This document shows, piece after piece, positions 41,240 to 52,976 of a DNA stretch of 64,000 nucleotides. The notes under the pieces were generated by a model. That model did no database searches and had not been told where the DNA came from. It saw only the letters and a list, made by a program, of their open reading frames with translations. Position 1 is the stretch's first letter, and the number at the start of each line of letters is the position of its first letter. This DNA is from Paraphysomonas bandaiensis (Eukaryota > Protista > Chrysophyceae). A program made the translations under genes and the position numbers. Location: assembly GCA_965644295.1 (NCBI GenBank), contig CBFFRP010000151.1:107221-171220 (forward strand), written 5' to 3'.

Positions 41240-42173
41240 ATTTATAGACTATATAATTGAATTAAATGCAAACTAATATGATATTAATGCAAATAGAATT
41301 GTTACAATTGTTCTTAAATGACTATTTCATTGCAATAATGCATCTTGCATCTCTGTATATATATATGCATATCTAGAACTGTTACATGAGCCATACATAT
41401 ATACATAATACACCGTACATAACACTCTATAAGCCAATCATATCAATCTCATATAGATCTATTGGATGAGATCTATTCCTAGAAGGGAAGAAGGGAAACC
41501 CTTTGAAAGAAATCCCTACGTGCTTTTCTATACTACAAAAACACGTGTGTTTGTAGGTACGTACTGGATAAGATATCCGGTTATTAATACATACCTCACC
41601 AAAACCTGGTGTTTTGTGTTGTTTTTTGACAGGAAATACTATATTTTAGTACTATGGGTTAGTAAATTTCAAGATTTATAGTCAATATTGGGAAATATAG
41701 AGAAATATTAATAAAAATTGGATAAAAAATTACCACATCCTTGAAAAAACAAACGTAACGGTAACATTCGCATGTGCTTCAATCACATACACAGAGAGAT
41801 TTTGTACACTTGGCACACAACTATCGCACACACACACAGTGTGACAATGAGATTCACATCATATCAAACACAATCCAATCAATTCATTACATAACAATAT
41901 ATTAAAATAAAAGAATATATCTACCTTACATTCATATATGAACTAATTAATTCACATACTGAAAACCTGTAAAAATTTCATTGAAATATTCACTTCTTTT
42001 TACTTCTTTTCAAGTATTTTCATAAAATATCTCCTGTTTCTAAGCATTCCATTCCATATATTGGAGGTTTATAGAAACATATTAACAAAATATTCATAGT
42101 ATTTATATACTATAATCTCTATTATATAACATCACATCACTATATATACATATATATATATATACACATACAT

Positions 42174-43620
42174 ATGCAGAAACAAACTGGATCAAGATCA
42201 TCATTTCGTTCAGAAGATATTAAAAGAAAACGTTCAATTGTTGTACCAGATACAAGAGATATACAATCATTTACAGAGTCTGGTATTAAACATGCATGGG
42301 ATACAGAGAAAGAATCTGATCCTGAGGAAAATTCTTTACCCCCCTCGGAAAATTCCCGGAAAATTCATTCCCAAATCAATACAATGAAATCCAATGAAAT
42401 TTCAATAACATCACATACAATATTATTACAAACTTTAACATGTTTGAAAGAAGAAACTGAACGTTCATCTATTGCATCTAAACGTCTATCTGATCTATTA
42501 GATACTGCATTAGTATCATTAACAACACCATCAAGTAGACGTCAGAGTATTGATTCACTCCCTAGTATAGTAGATGAGACATCTATTACTGAAGATTCAT
42601 CTACTAAAACTTGTTGCAATGTATGCAATGGTTGTCAAATGCATATGGAAAAATGGCGGAATTATTTACCATGGGTGTATGCATATAATAGAGTGAGGAA
42701 CAGTGCATTATGGTCATTATTGGCAGGAACAAATCTTTTAATTGGTGAATGCGATGAGATTGTCAATGCTCTCATTCTGGTATGTATGTTTTGTATATAA
42801 AGTATATCTTATGCTCTGGTATGTGTATATATTATGTAGGAACATGTTTATATACGTGTAATTGTGTGTTACTTATCAACACAACTTGTCAGGTCAATGC
42901 ACTGGTTTTGACTATTCCGTTTGCTATGATCCCCGACCTTAATTTCTCATACTGGAAAGAGCTGAAAGCCTTTGTTGATGCTTGCGATAAAGGAGATATA
43001 AGAAGTTTTGCGGAAATTTACAACATTTTGCGATCCAGTATGTTAGGTAAGCTACACCAACCCCGTCAGTAGTAGTTAGGTGGTTGTTGTAATGCCAACA
43101 TGAATGTTACTTTTTAAAAAATATTCGCCTTTTAACGTATATTTCATATATCGAGTCGCTCTTGTAGTTAATTATATTTTTCGCAGCTGTAATTTTTACA
43201 TCTATCGGGTGTATTATCGTGGCATGTATGTATTACATGTTTAGGCCACGGCACGATTCAACTTTTCAGGGATGGTAAGTGTTTTGAATGACTGGAAATT
43301 ATGCGGTTCGTGGCAATATTCACTTTATTTACGAAACCTGACCATGTTATACGTTATACCTACCCAATGCAACTGGACTCTAACTTATCAATGTGTATAT
43401 TGTATATAGGTGGTGTAGTGGTGGTCGTGATGCTATGTGCCTGCTTATTTTAGGAACTGGAGTGTCCGTCATCAACATATTCTTTCTTACTTCGTATATA
43501 TTTCACTATTATTCTCTTCACCCGGACTCCATTTGTGATAGTAACAGTGATGATGCAATATTCTACTCATGGCTGAGTTTATGCATAGTTTTTGTGTATA
43601 TATGCTGCAGACTTTTGTAA
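42174..43620 (+). CDS. Uncharacterised multi-pass (about 4 TM) membrane protein
   Basis: Exons ~42174-42780, 42893-43046, 43187-43274, 43410-43620 splice in frame. Hydrophilic N-terminus followed by hydrophobic helices. Confidence 0.65.
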
Positions 43621-44219
43621 CATACAATTTCAAGTTATTTTTGTCCGAGTTCATCGCTCGCTACTTTTGTGTATAGGCACTAACTGGGAAAGTATTTGAA
43701 AACAAATAATTCATTCCAGTGCATGAGCTTCCTTATACGCTTTTATTACATTATCAATCCATACCAAAATAGTTTTCTAACTCATGTAATTTCTCTTGAC
43801 AGGCCGCCTTAGTCAGGCAGCACTTTAACACAAAAATGCGCCGCCCCAATATATTTTCAATTAATTTCAGTGCCTATGTTAGTTACTACGCATACGTCAC
43901 CATGTTTATGGTCGTAAAAAGAAGCATTCTATAATTGAATGGGTCATGAATCAGCACAACTAATTGTGGAGCGATTGTTCATCAGAGCCAAGATTATCAT
44001 GACACACTTGCGACAGGGAACGACCACACGACGCCTCGAACTGCTGCTGTTACTTTGGTTCAACAAGCACTTGTAGACCGCAAAGACAGTGCAACAGTTC
44101 ATCGACAATCTTGACGAGTGACGAAGTGTTGGAATACTTAGAGAACTAGTTGCGGCATTGTTATTGTGTTTCAGCATCATGTATGTGTATGTTGTAACCT
44201 CTACTAACTACTTACTAGC

Positions 44220-44966
44220 TACTACCGATCGAGCTAAAGCTTTCTTCTTAGCGCCCAATATAACAATATAATATTATCGCTGTATATTAATTATTAATTT
44301 TATTATTTACTATTGCAAGCAAAAATGAATAATAGTAATATTATATATAATATTCCAATAGTATATTCATAGCAAAATATTGATATATTTTGAGCGCTAA
44401 GAAGAAAACTGCCCCATTTCGAGGGCATACCCTAGTAAAAAGTGCTAGTGTTGATTATAAGCTAAAAGTAACGTATAGATTGTTAATAATATCTCAGCGT
44501 ATTCTTTGTGTGTCGACACCAAGAAAGCTCTAGCTAGATCTACACTATACTTGCATATAGCTTATAATATGAGGTTACGAGAAACCCCTCTTATTATACG
44601 CGAGGAGGGGGCTTCTTATTATACAGAGTTATGCGTGGTCACGAGAAGCTCTGCGTAATCTTTGTTAGGTGATAGCAAGAGGTAAACATGATAGGCAGGA
44701 CTCCATCGCTCTCTCCAAAATGCTGAAGTAGGCTGGTCCTACTAGAATCATGTTATGCATAGTTATGAGATGAGAAATATGTGAACTGAACACGGGTGGA
44801 GCGAAAACAGAATCTGCGCATGATTTATACGGCCAGCTACGTCGGTACACTGTAGGCAGGTGGTAGAATCAGTGTAAAATCTTGGTGTTATAGGTGGTGT
44901 ACCAGCGAGCCTTCACTATGGCCACGCTAACGGAAGAGGGCACAAACAATAGCTCGATCGGTAGTG
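44220..44966. mobile_element. Non-autonomous TIR element, possibly CACTA-type, containing an internal ~170-bp hairpin
   Basis: 16-bp perfect TIR ACTACCGATCGAGCTA (44221-44236) / TAGCTCGATCGGTAGT (44950-44965); the right end reads CACTA on the minus strand. Inner IR TTTCTTCTTAGCGC (44241) / GCGCTAAGAAGAAA (44394-44407). Confidence 0.55.
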
Positions 44967-45102
44967 ATAGAGATGTAATATTTGCCAGAGAGGAGAGGGA
45001 AATTGTGTCCGTACTAGAAGCTGCGTGCATTATTATATAATATTATATTATGTATACATGGATCCTGCATAGCTATGAAGGTGAACACGAATGGGGCGGT
45101 TG

Positions 45103-45360
45103 ATTGTTGAGTTTTTGCTGTTTGTGAGTAATTAAAAGCTGTAGCTTCTAAGATATTTGAATTCTATCCGTTACTCAAAGAATACAGTAGTAACTAACCG
45201 TATTATGAGAACCACTAATATGATAGCCATTGTAGTGATGAAACTGAAATATACTGACTGTACAAGGTAGTGACGATGTAAGATCGTACTAGAAATGGTT
45301 GGTGTAGTAGAGATAAAAAGAGTTGGTGAATGTTAATGAATTAAGAATGGTAACTCTTAT
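45103..45360 (+). repeat. Dispersed repeat family A, copy 3
   Basis: Direct match to 2745-2910. Confidence 0.8.
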
Positions 45361-45700
45361 AATTCTATCGAAGTGTTTATAAAAGTTTTATTACTTATAA
45401 CTTGTAAGTATATGTCAATTTCTATCATAGGTTCGCACTCACAGAATCATGCTAAAATTTGCTTTTAAGTTTTCAAATGCAAATTTTGTTCTTTAATCAA
45501 TCTGCCACAATAACACTACTCAGGCCATGTAAAAATTAAGAATATATTACGGCTTCTGAAAAACACATCACACTAGCACTACTACTCAAAATTTGATTGG
45601 GGTCAAGAGAAATTTATACAATATATAAAGAATAACAACATGTACTCACATACACACATGCACACGCATTTAGCTGGCCATTTGCTACTCATTGAGAATA

Positions 45701-48700
45701 TTACGACGTGTCATCAGGTTGACTCAATGCTCGATTGCTTTGAATGCTAACCGACGCCAATTGTGTAACTGGAACAGCAGAAATTCGGTTTATCTCACCC
45801 ACTGAGCGAAGTATGTATGTTCTGCGAATGGGTTGATTGGGCATCCTCGACTGTGCTTCTTCACTCCGGGAGAATGTGTCTGGGGTAGGTGTCATCATTA
45901 TACGGCGTGTTTCCACATGGTGATGTGGGTTAGATATCACTCTATAGGGTCGCACGCTCCCGCCTGTGGTTAAGGTACTTTCATTTTCCTCCAAAGGTAC
46001 ATGGCGAATACCATTCTCGTGCATCTGAGTCATATCAGTCGGATTCCTTGCCGCACTGTTTGCGAGCCTGGATATTTGACTTGGGCGTGATTGCATCGTG
46101 TGGCTATTGGCGGATATCCGCAAGGCTCCAATAGGATTGTCAACCACCTGTCGATGGGGCACCTGGGTCCACTCTTCATCCTCGGAATCAGTCTGCTCGT
46201 CGTCATTCATGCTTCCGCTTTGCTCTTCTGTATCTCCTGGACGGGATACCCGTAAAACTGCGGTGGTACCAGATCCAGCTCTGTTGTTCATACCTCGCAT
46301 CTGACGGGCCACCATTTCCATGTGTTGGCGGTGAATTAATGCACCTGTAATATACATAAAAACTGGCTCGATACAACTCACGAACCATTGACGAACAAAT
46401 CAGCACTACATATCAAGAATAGTTTATGCTAAATTAAAAACAGGGCTTTATACATGAAGCAGTGTGTTGGCACTTTCGACATACCCAATGGACTGTCCGC
46501 AAATGCCATGCCTAACGATTCATTAGTCGAAGAAGCAATCCCATCACGCGCACGAGCTTCCAAGGAGTCCTGTTCCTCCTTCTCTCTCATTAAGAGATTA
46601 TGTAAACGGTCCACAAGGGCACTTCTGCAAATAGCACAAATATGTTAACACTACCAATGTATCGGTAGAAGATATGTCTATGCCCATGCATGTCTACAGA
46701 TCATACCTTCTTTGACATTCAACTCTGGCCATGTCAAAATCTTTATCTCTTGTACTTATACGGCTCATCAACTCCTCACTGGACAGTTTTTCAAGATCAG
46801 CCTTAGACGGAACTTCATTACGTAATTCAAATCGACATATAGGACAAGTCCTCTTGGATTCTAGCCAAGGCATAACACACGGCCTGTGAAACAAATGTGA
46901 ACAAGGGAGCTTCATCACTTTTTCAGCCGCCGCATAGTCTTCACTGCAAATTGGACAAGATGGCTGCTCACATATCAAATCGATTGTCATCGGCACATCC
47001 ACCAGCTGGTCCAGCATACCCAATGACATCGGAGGAGGCTTGGTTCTCCCTTCATTATTAGCAAAACTCGATTCCAAGGTATCCAACTCCTCTCGTAGTT
47101 GTGATTCCAACATATGAAGTAACGCAGCGGCAGAGGTAAGTCTCCTGGCTTGTTCTTCGTTCAACTGATACCTAAGACCCTCTGGAAAAACCCCCTCGAC
47201 CTCTTCTAGAAATGTACTGGAGCATAGAATACATTCTAATGTACGAGTAGACTGCTGTGGTAAACAGATATAAGTACGACCAAACCAAACACACAAGCTG
47301 CAAATTGTTATAATAATAGTGCTATTGTATAAGTTGCAATTACAAATACACTGTCATACATAGCTCTATATATAATATTATATACAGTGCTATAAGGGTT
47401 ACAGATAGTGTGATATACAGAGGTATATATAAGTAATATACAGTGTTATATGGCGTTATATATATCGTTATACATGGTGCCATATATATATTATACATAG
47501 TGTTATCTACGGTGTTATATAGTGATATATAGAATTATATAAAGAGTAATATAGTGTTATATACAGTGTTATATATAATTTTATATACGGTGTTATATAG
47601 CGATATCTACAGAGGTATATACAGTGTTATATGGTGTTATATAAATTGATATATATAAAGCTAACTATAGAGTTATATATAGTCTTATATTGTGTTATAT
47701 GCGGTGTTATATAGTAATATCTACAGAGGTATATGGTGTTATATACAGTGTTATATAAAGTGTTATATGGTGTTATATACAGTGTTATATGGTGTTATAT
47801 ACAGTGTTATATGGTGTTATATACAGTGTTATTAACAGTGTTATCTATTGATATCATCAGAGGTATATGGTGTTATATACAGTGTTATGTAGTGATATCT
47901 ACAGAGGTATATGGTGTTATATACTGTGTTATATACAGTGTTATATAGTGATATCTACCTTGGTATATGATATTATATACTGTGTTATATACAGATACGG
48001 TGTTTTATAGTGTCGTATAGAGTGTTATACAGTGTTATGTACAGTGTTATGTAGAGCGTTATATAGTGATATCTACAGAGGTATATACAGAGGTATATGG
48101 TGCTATACACAGTGTTATATAGTGATATCTACAGAGGTATATACAGAGGTATCTGGTGCTATACACAGTGTTATGTAGATATCTACAGAGGTATATACAG
48201 AGGTATCTGGTGCTATACACAGTGTTATATAGTGATATCTACAGAGGTATATACAGAGGTATCTGGTGCTATACACAGTGTTATGTAGATATCTACAGAG
48301 GTATATACAGAGGTATCTGGTGCTATACACAGTGTTATATAGTGATATCTACAGAGGTATATACAGAGGTATCTGGTGCTATACACAGTGTTATGTAGAT
48401 ATCTACAGAGGTATATACAGAGGTATCTGGTGCTATACACAGTGTTATATAGTGATATCTACAGAGGTATATACAGAGGTATCTGGTGCTATACACAGTG
48501 TTATGTAGATATCTACAGAGGTATATACAGAGGTATCTGGTGCTATACACAGTGTTATGTAGATATCTACAGAGGTATATACAGAGGTATCTGGTGCTAT
48601 ACACAGTGTTATATAGTGATATCTACAGAGGTATATACAGAGGTATCTGGTGCTATATAGTGTTATATACACACCTGATGAGTTATAAAGCTCCTCCGAC

Positions 48701-48767
48701 AGGCATGACAATAAAACCTCTGCCCCCCAGGTGGCCCGGATGATTCCAGAGAGGCACCAGCACCCAT
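45701..48767 (-). CDS. RNF126/RNF115-like RING-H2 E3 ligase with N-terminal zinc ribbon, predicted N-myristoylated
   Basis: Exon 1 48767-48675 (MGAGAS...RFYCHACRRSFITHQ; absent from the ORF track), then exons 47254-46707, 46624-46485, 46344-45701. Zinc ribbon CHAC...CILC..TFLEE; RING CPICSEDY...LPCSHLFHRPCVMPWL....TCPICR. Confidence 0.88.
47400..48665. repeat. Intronic minisatellite; 54/56-bp units forming a 110-bp higher-order repeat, degenerating leftwards
   Basis: Unit GATATCTACAGAGGTATATACAGAGGTATCTGGTGCTATACACAGTGTTAT(ATAGT/GTA). Identical ORFs recur every 110 bp (48115, 48225, 48335, 48445). Confidence 0.95.
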
Positions 48768-48869
48768 ATGTATGTATAAAGAGATGTAGACAACTATTCG
48801 AGTTATATATACACAAAATGATGAGACTGACAGAAACTACCAACAACCCACACACACCACCCCCTCCTG

Positions 48870-49679
48870 TACATACATACATACATACATACATACATAC
48901 ATACATACATACATACATACATACATACATGCATGCATACATACATACATACATACATACATACATACATACATACATACATACATACATACATACATAC
49001 ATACATACATACATACATACATACATACATACATACATACATACATACACACATACCACCCCCTCCTGTACATACATACATACATACATACATACATACA
49101 TACATACATACATACATACATACATACATACATACATACATACATACATACATACATACATACATACATACACACATACATACATACATACATACATACA
49201 TACATACATACATACATACATACATACATACATACATACATACATACATACATACATACATACATACATACATACATACATACATACATACATACATACA
49301 TACATACATACATACATACATACATACATACATACATACATACATACATACATACATACATACATACATACATACATACATACATACATACATACATACA
49401 TACATACATACATACATACATACATACATACATACATACATACATACATACATACATACATACATACATACATACATACATACATACATACATACATACA
49501 TACATACATACATACATACATACATACATACATACATACCTACCTACCTACCTACCTACCTACATACATACATACATACATACATACATACATACATACA
49601 TACATACATACATACATACATACATACATACATACATACATACATACATACATACATACATACATACATACATACATAC
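48870..49679. repeat. (CATA)n microsatellite, ~810 bp, between divergent genes
   Basis: Near-perfect array, interrupted at ~49050-49068 by a copy of its own left flank. Confidence 0.98.
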
Positions 49680-49984
49680 TATCGTACGAGTGTGGTACTG
49701 TTGGGGTTGGCATCTTCTCTCGTACGACCTACACACATATACATACACACTCTCATCATCGAGCTGTTATGTATGTATGTATGATCGTATCATTCATATC
49801 ATGTAGCTATAATCATACTCTATCAAACTAATCATACTTCTCATCATACAAAGTGATCTACTCTATGAACTCTAACACACATCACACTATCTAGTTCCAC
49901 CTTCACCAACTAAACTCAAAACTAAACTCAAAACTAGATTCCAACTAGATTCCAACTAGATTGAAACTAGATTCATATCAATAA

Positions 49985-52976
49985 ATGAGTAAAATTATAT
50001 ATAAAAATTCATTATTTTTACCACGTTTATTAGTTTTTATATTTTTATTTATATTATGTATATTTGGTGGGTATATATCATACTATATATCATCAACTAA
50101 TGAAGAGATGATACTCACATCACAATATCAATCATCTGTAAAACATTTAAAATTAACAATATTAAATGATATGAATAATAAAATTTTAATATTACGTACA
50201 TTTGTATCAATATTAACAATTAATTGTTATGAAAAATCATATTGGCCATATTGTATTATACCAATGGAAAATTTTTTAAATTATGCTGATCCAATGATTG
50301 AAAAAAGTAAAAGTAGGACAATACAATATGCACCATTAGTGCGTCCTGATGAAGTGGAATCATTTGAAGAATTTGCATATGATTTTTTTGAGACTAGTGG
50401 ATATGAAGATATGGGTGTATCAAGTATTGGTCGAGGAATTCATGCAGTTAACGATACTACTGGAAAGAGATATCATTCCACAGAGCCACCACCAAATGCA
50501 AACCACAATGCCCTCTTCCCGATATTTCAAACTGGCGCACTAGATCATAATTGGGATGCGGTTATGTTTAATGTCTATACTCATCGTACTAGTGTGGTGC
50601 CAATAGATGCCATGCTGAACTGTTCGTATGCAGCAATTGAAGATGGAATTGGCGATGCACTTGACATTGGGAGTATGTGTGCGAGTATAACTGATATCGT
50701 TAAGCTAACTCAGGTATGTGAATCCTGTTTTACAGTTTTCTACCCATATGTAGCTGTTAGTTGATTGTATGCATCTTCGCCGTTCACTGTTCGGTAACTC
50801 GTGTTTGTAGGATGATGAGTTTGATCCAGCTGTGGTACTGCGGTTCCCAATCATTGTTCCCGTCAACGCATCTGACCCGTCTTCCCCTTTAGATGTAGTG
50901 GGACTTGTGGCGATGGTTCATAATTGGAACACAGTTCTTAGTCGAAGTACTTGTGATTCAGAGCTTCGTGTAGTAGTGTCGAATGAGAATGGCGAGTGGT
51001 CGTTTTCATTGGAGTGCCAGACGTCTCAGTATATTTCTGAGGGCAACAAGCACAACTCTGCATACAGCTCCATGCGGCGGAGATTCTCACTGCCGCCATT
51101 CAAGGGTGATGTTTCCTACAAAGTGTCAATATTTCCCACTAGTTCTCTTGTGGATGAGTTTCGATCTGATGGTCCTGTGTATGTGTGTGCAATCACGGTG
51201 GCTGTCATCCTCCTCACTAGCATCGTGTTTATGTCGTATGACCATTTTGTGAGGGGAGAGGTTCAGAAAAAGGAAGAAGCCAAGACAAGCTTTGTCCGAT
51301 TTATATCACATGAGATGAGAACGCCAATGAACGTCGTTTCTCTTGGGCTCAAGCTGCTGTACGATCAACTGTGCCACTTGTCATCGATGTATCCCACTCC
51401 TGTCTGCACCTTCGAGAATGAAGATGGTGTTTCTCAATGTCCAGAACTTGTGATACCAGTAAATGTTATCCAGGAATGGAAGGACATGGTCAGTACTGTA
51501 GAGGATGGATCGGATGCTGCTGTTGATGTGTTAACTTCCCTTATTAACTATGATAGCATCGCTGCTGGAGTAGTTCTCGTCAGGACGACCCAATTGAACC
51601 TTTGGCAGCTGGTAGAGCACTGCGTACAGCAGTATGAGATAGAAGCTGTTGAGCGAGATGTATCTCTACGACTAGATATGTACGTGTCATCCACAAATGT
51701 ATCCACGTCAATGCGGAAATATATGGACAACTTGGTTTGCATGGGAGATGAGTCGAAATTAGTTACAGCTTTGAGGTGTTTTCTGACGAATGCCCTTAAA
51801 TATACACCTCCCGGAGGTGCAATTCTAGTGACAGGTACATATACTCTGAGATGTAATGATCAATTGTTATATGTGAATATCAACGCGTACATACATGTTG
51901 ACTTCACACTGTATGTACATTCGTATATATCATGTCTACTTAAAATTATGTGGAATTCGTTGGAATAACAACTGCAGAACTTTCTCAGTTAATATTTTAT
52001 TTATAATGCAGTGGAATGGAAGAAAGATGGACTTCCATATGTGTCTTTTGTCGAGAAAAATATGCTAAGAGCGGGGTCTATGGTGATTCGTGTCATTGAC
52101 AATGGTGTAGGCATGAGTGCTGAGACCCAGCAGCACCTCTTCCGTGGTGACGACAATTTTCATAGGCGCGATGGTCATGTGGCTCATGATATCCAAGCCA
52201 GCTTGAGGATATCCAAGAGCATTGTAGAGATGCATGGGGGATTAATATCAGGAAAGTCTGATGGTGTCGATCGGGGATCAGTATTTACCCTCGAGCTTCC
52301 AGTGTATATACACAAGAAGATGAGAGATCTGTCGGTGCTGGACCAAGATAGCGACATAGAGTACGGGGTCCCATCAGGAAGCATTTCCCCTCACCTTACA
52401 TCTTCTGAAAGCTCTACAACCTGTGATTCTCACCTCACCATTTCATTGCCCCCGGATTCAATCACAGGGGAAACCGACACAGCGGAAATTCCACCGATCC
52501 CTCCAAGTAGTTCACGTCTATCTACTTATGAGGTTTGTAAAGCAGTTGAGAACTTCGATCGCTTGCAATTACCCAGACAGCGCGTATTGGTGGTAGACGA
52601 TGTGACTGTGTGTCGCAAGGTACTGACAAATGCACTTACTAGAAGTGGATATGAATGCTATGATGCCTGTGACGGGGTAGAATGTCTTGCGCAATACAAA
52701 CGACTTAATGCACTCAACAAGCCGGTGGACCTAATAGTCATAGACTATGATATGCCGCACATGAATGGACCTTCTGCAACTAAGGCCTTAAGATACAGCG
52801 GATGCCGTGTGCCGATTATAGGCATCATTGGAAACTTGGCGTCGAAAGGGAAGGATGATTTTCTCTCTCATGGCGCATCCGCAGCTGTATTTAAACCGTT
52901 GGCCCTAAACCATATCAAAGCTGTACTATCTGATGCTAATGATAAGACCATGATGGCAGAGTATGATAAATCTTAG
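49985..52976 (+). CDS. Membrane hybrid histidine kinase (TM - CHASE-like sensor - TM - HisKA - HATPase - receiver)
   Basis: Exons 49985-50713, 50811-51834, 52012-52976. H-box FVRFISHEMRTPMN, N-box FLTNALKYTPPGG, G1 VIDNGVGM, receiver VLVVDD...DLIVIDYDMPHMNG...KP. Confidence 0.9.

Noticed and set aside
43944-44180. Possible hAT dimerisation-domain relic (EASCGRSLSQV in one minus frame)
   Set aside because: Too short and interrupted to support without a search.
48060-48665. Regular repeats resembling a CRISPR array (also 91-330 and 7208-7364)
   Set aside because: Units are contiguous with no unique spacers, there are no cas genes, and the context is eukaryotic.
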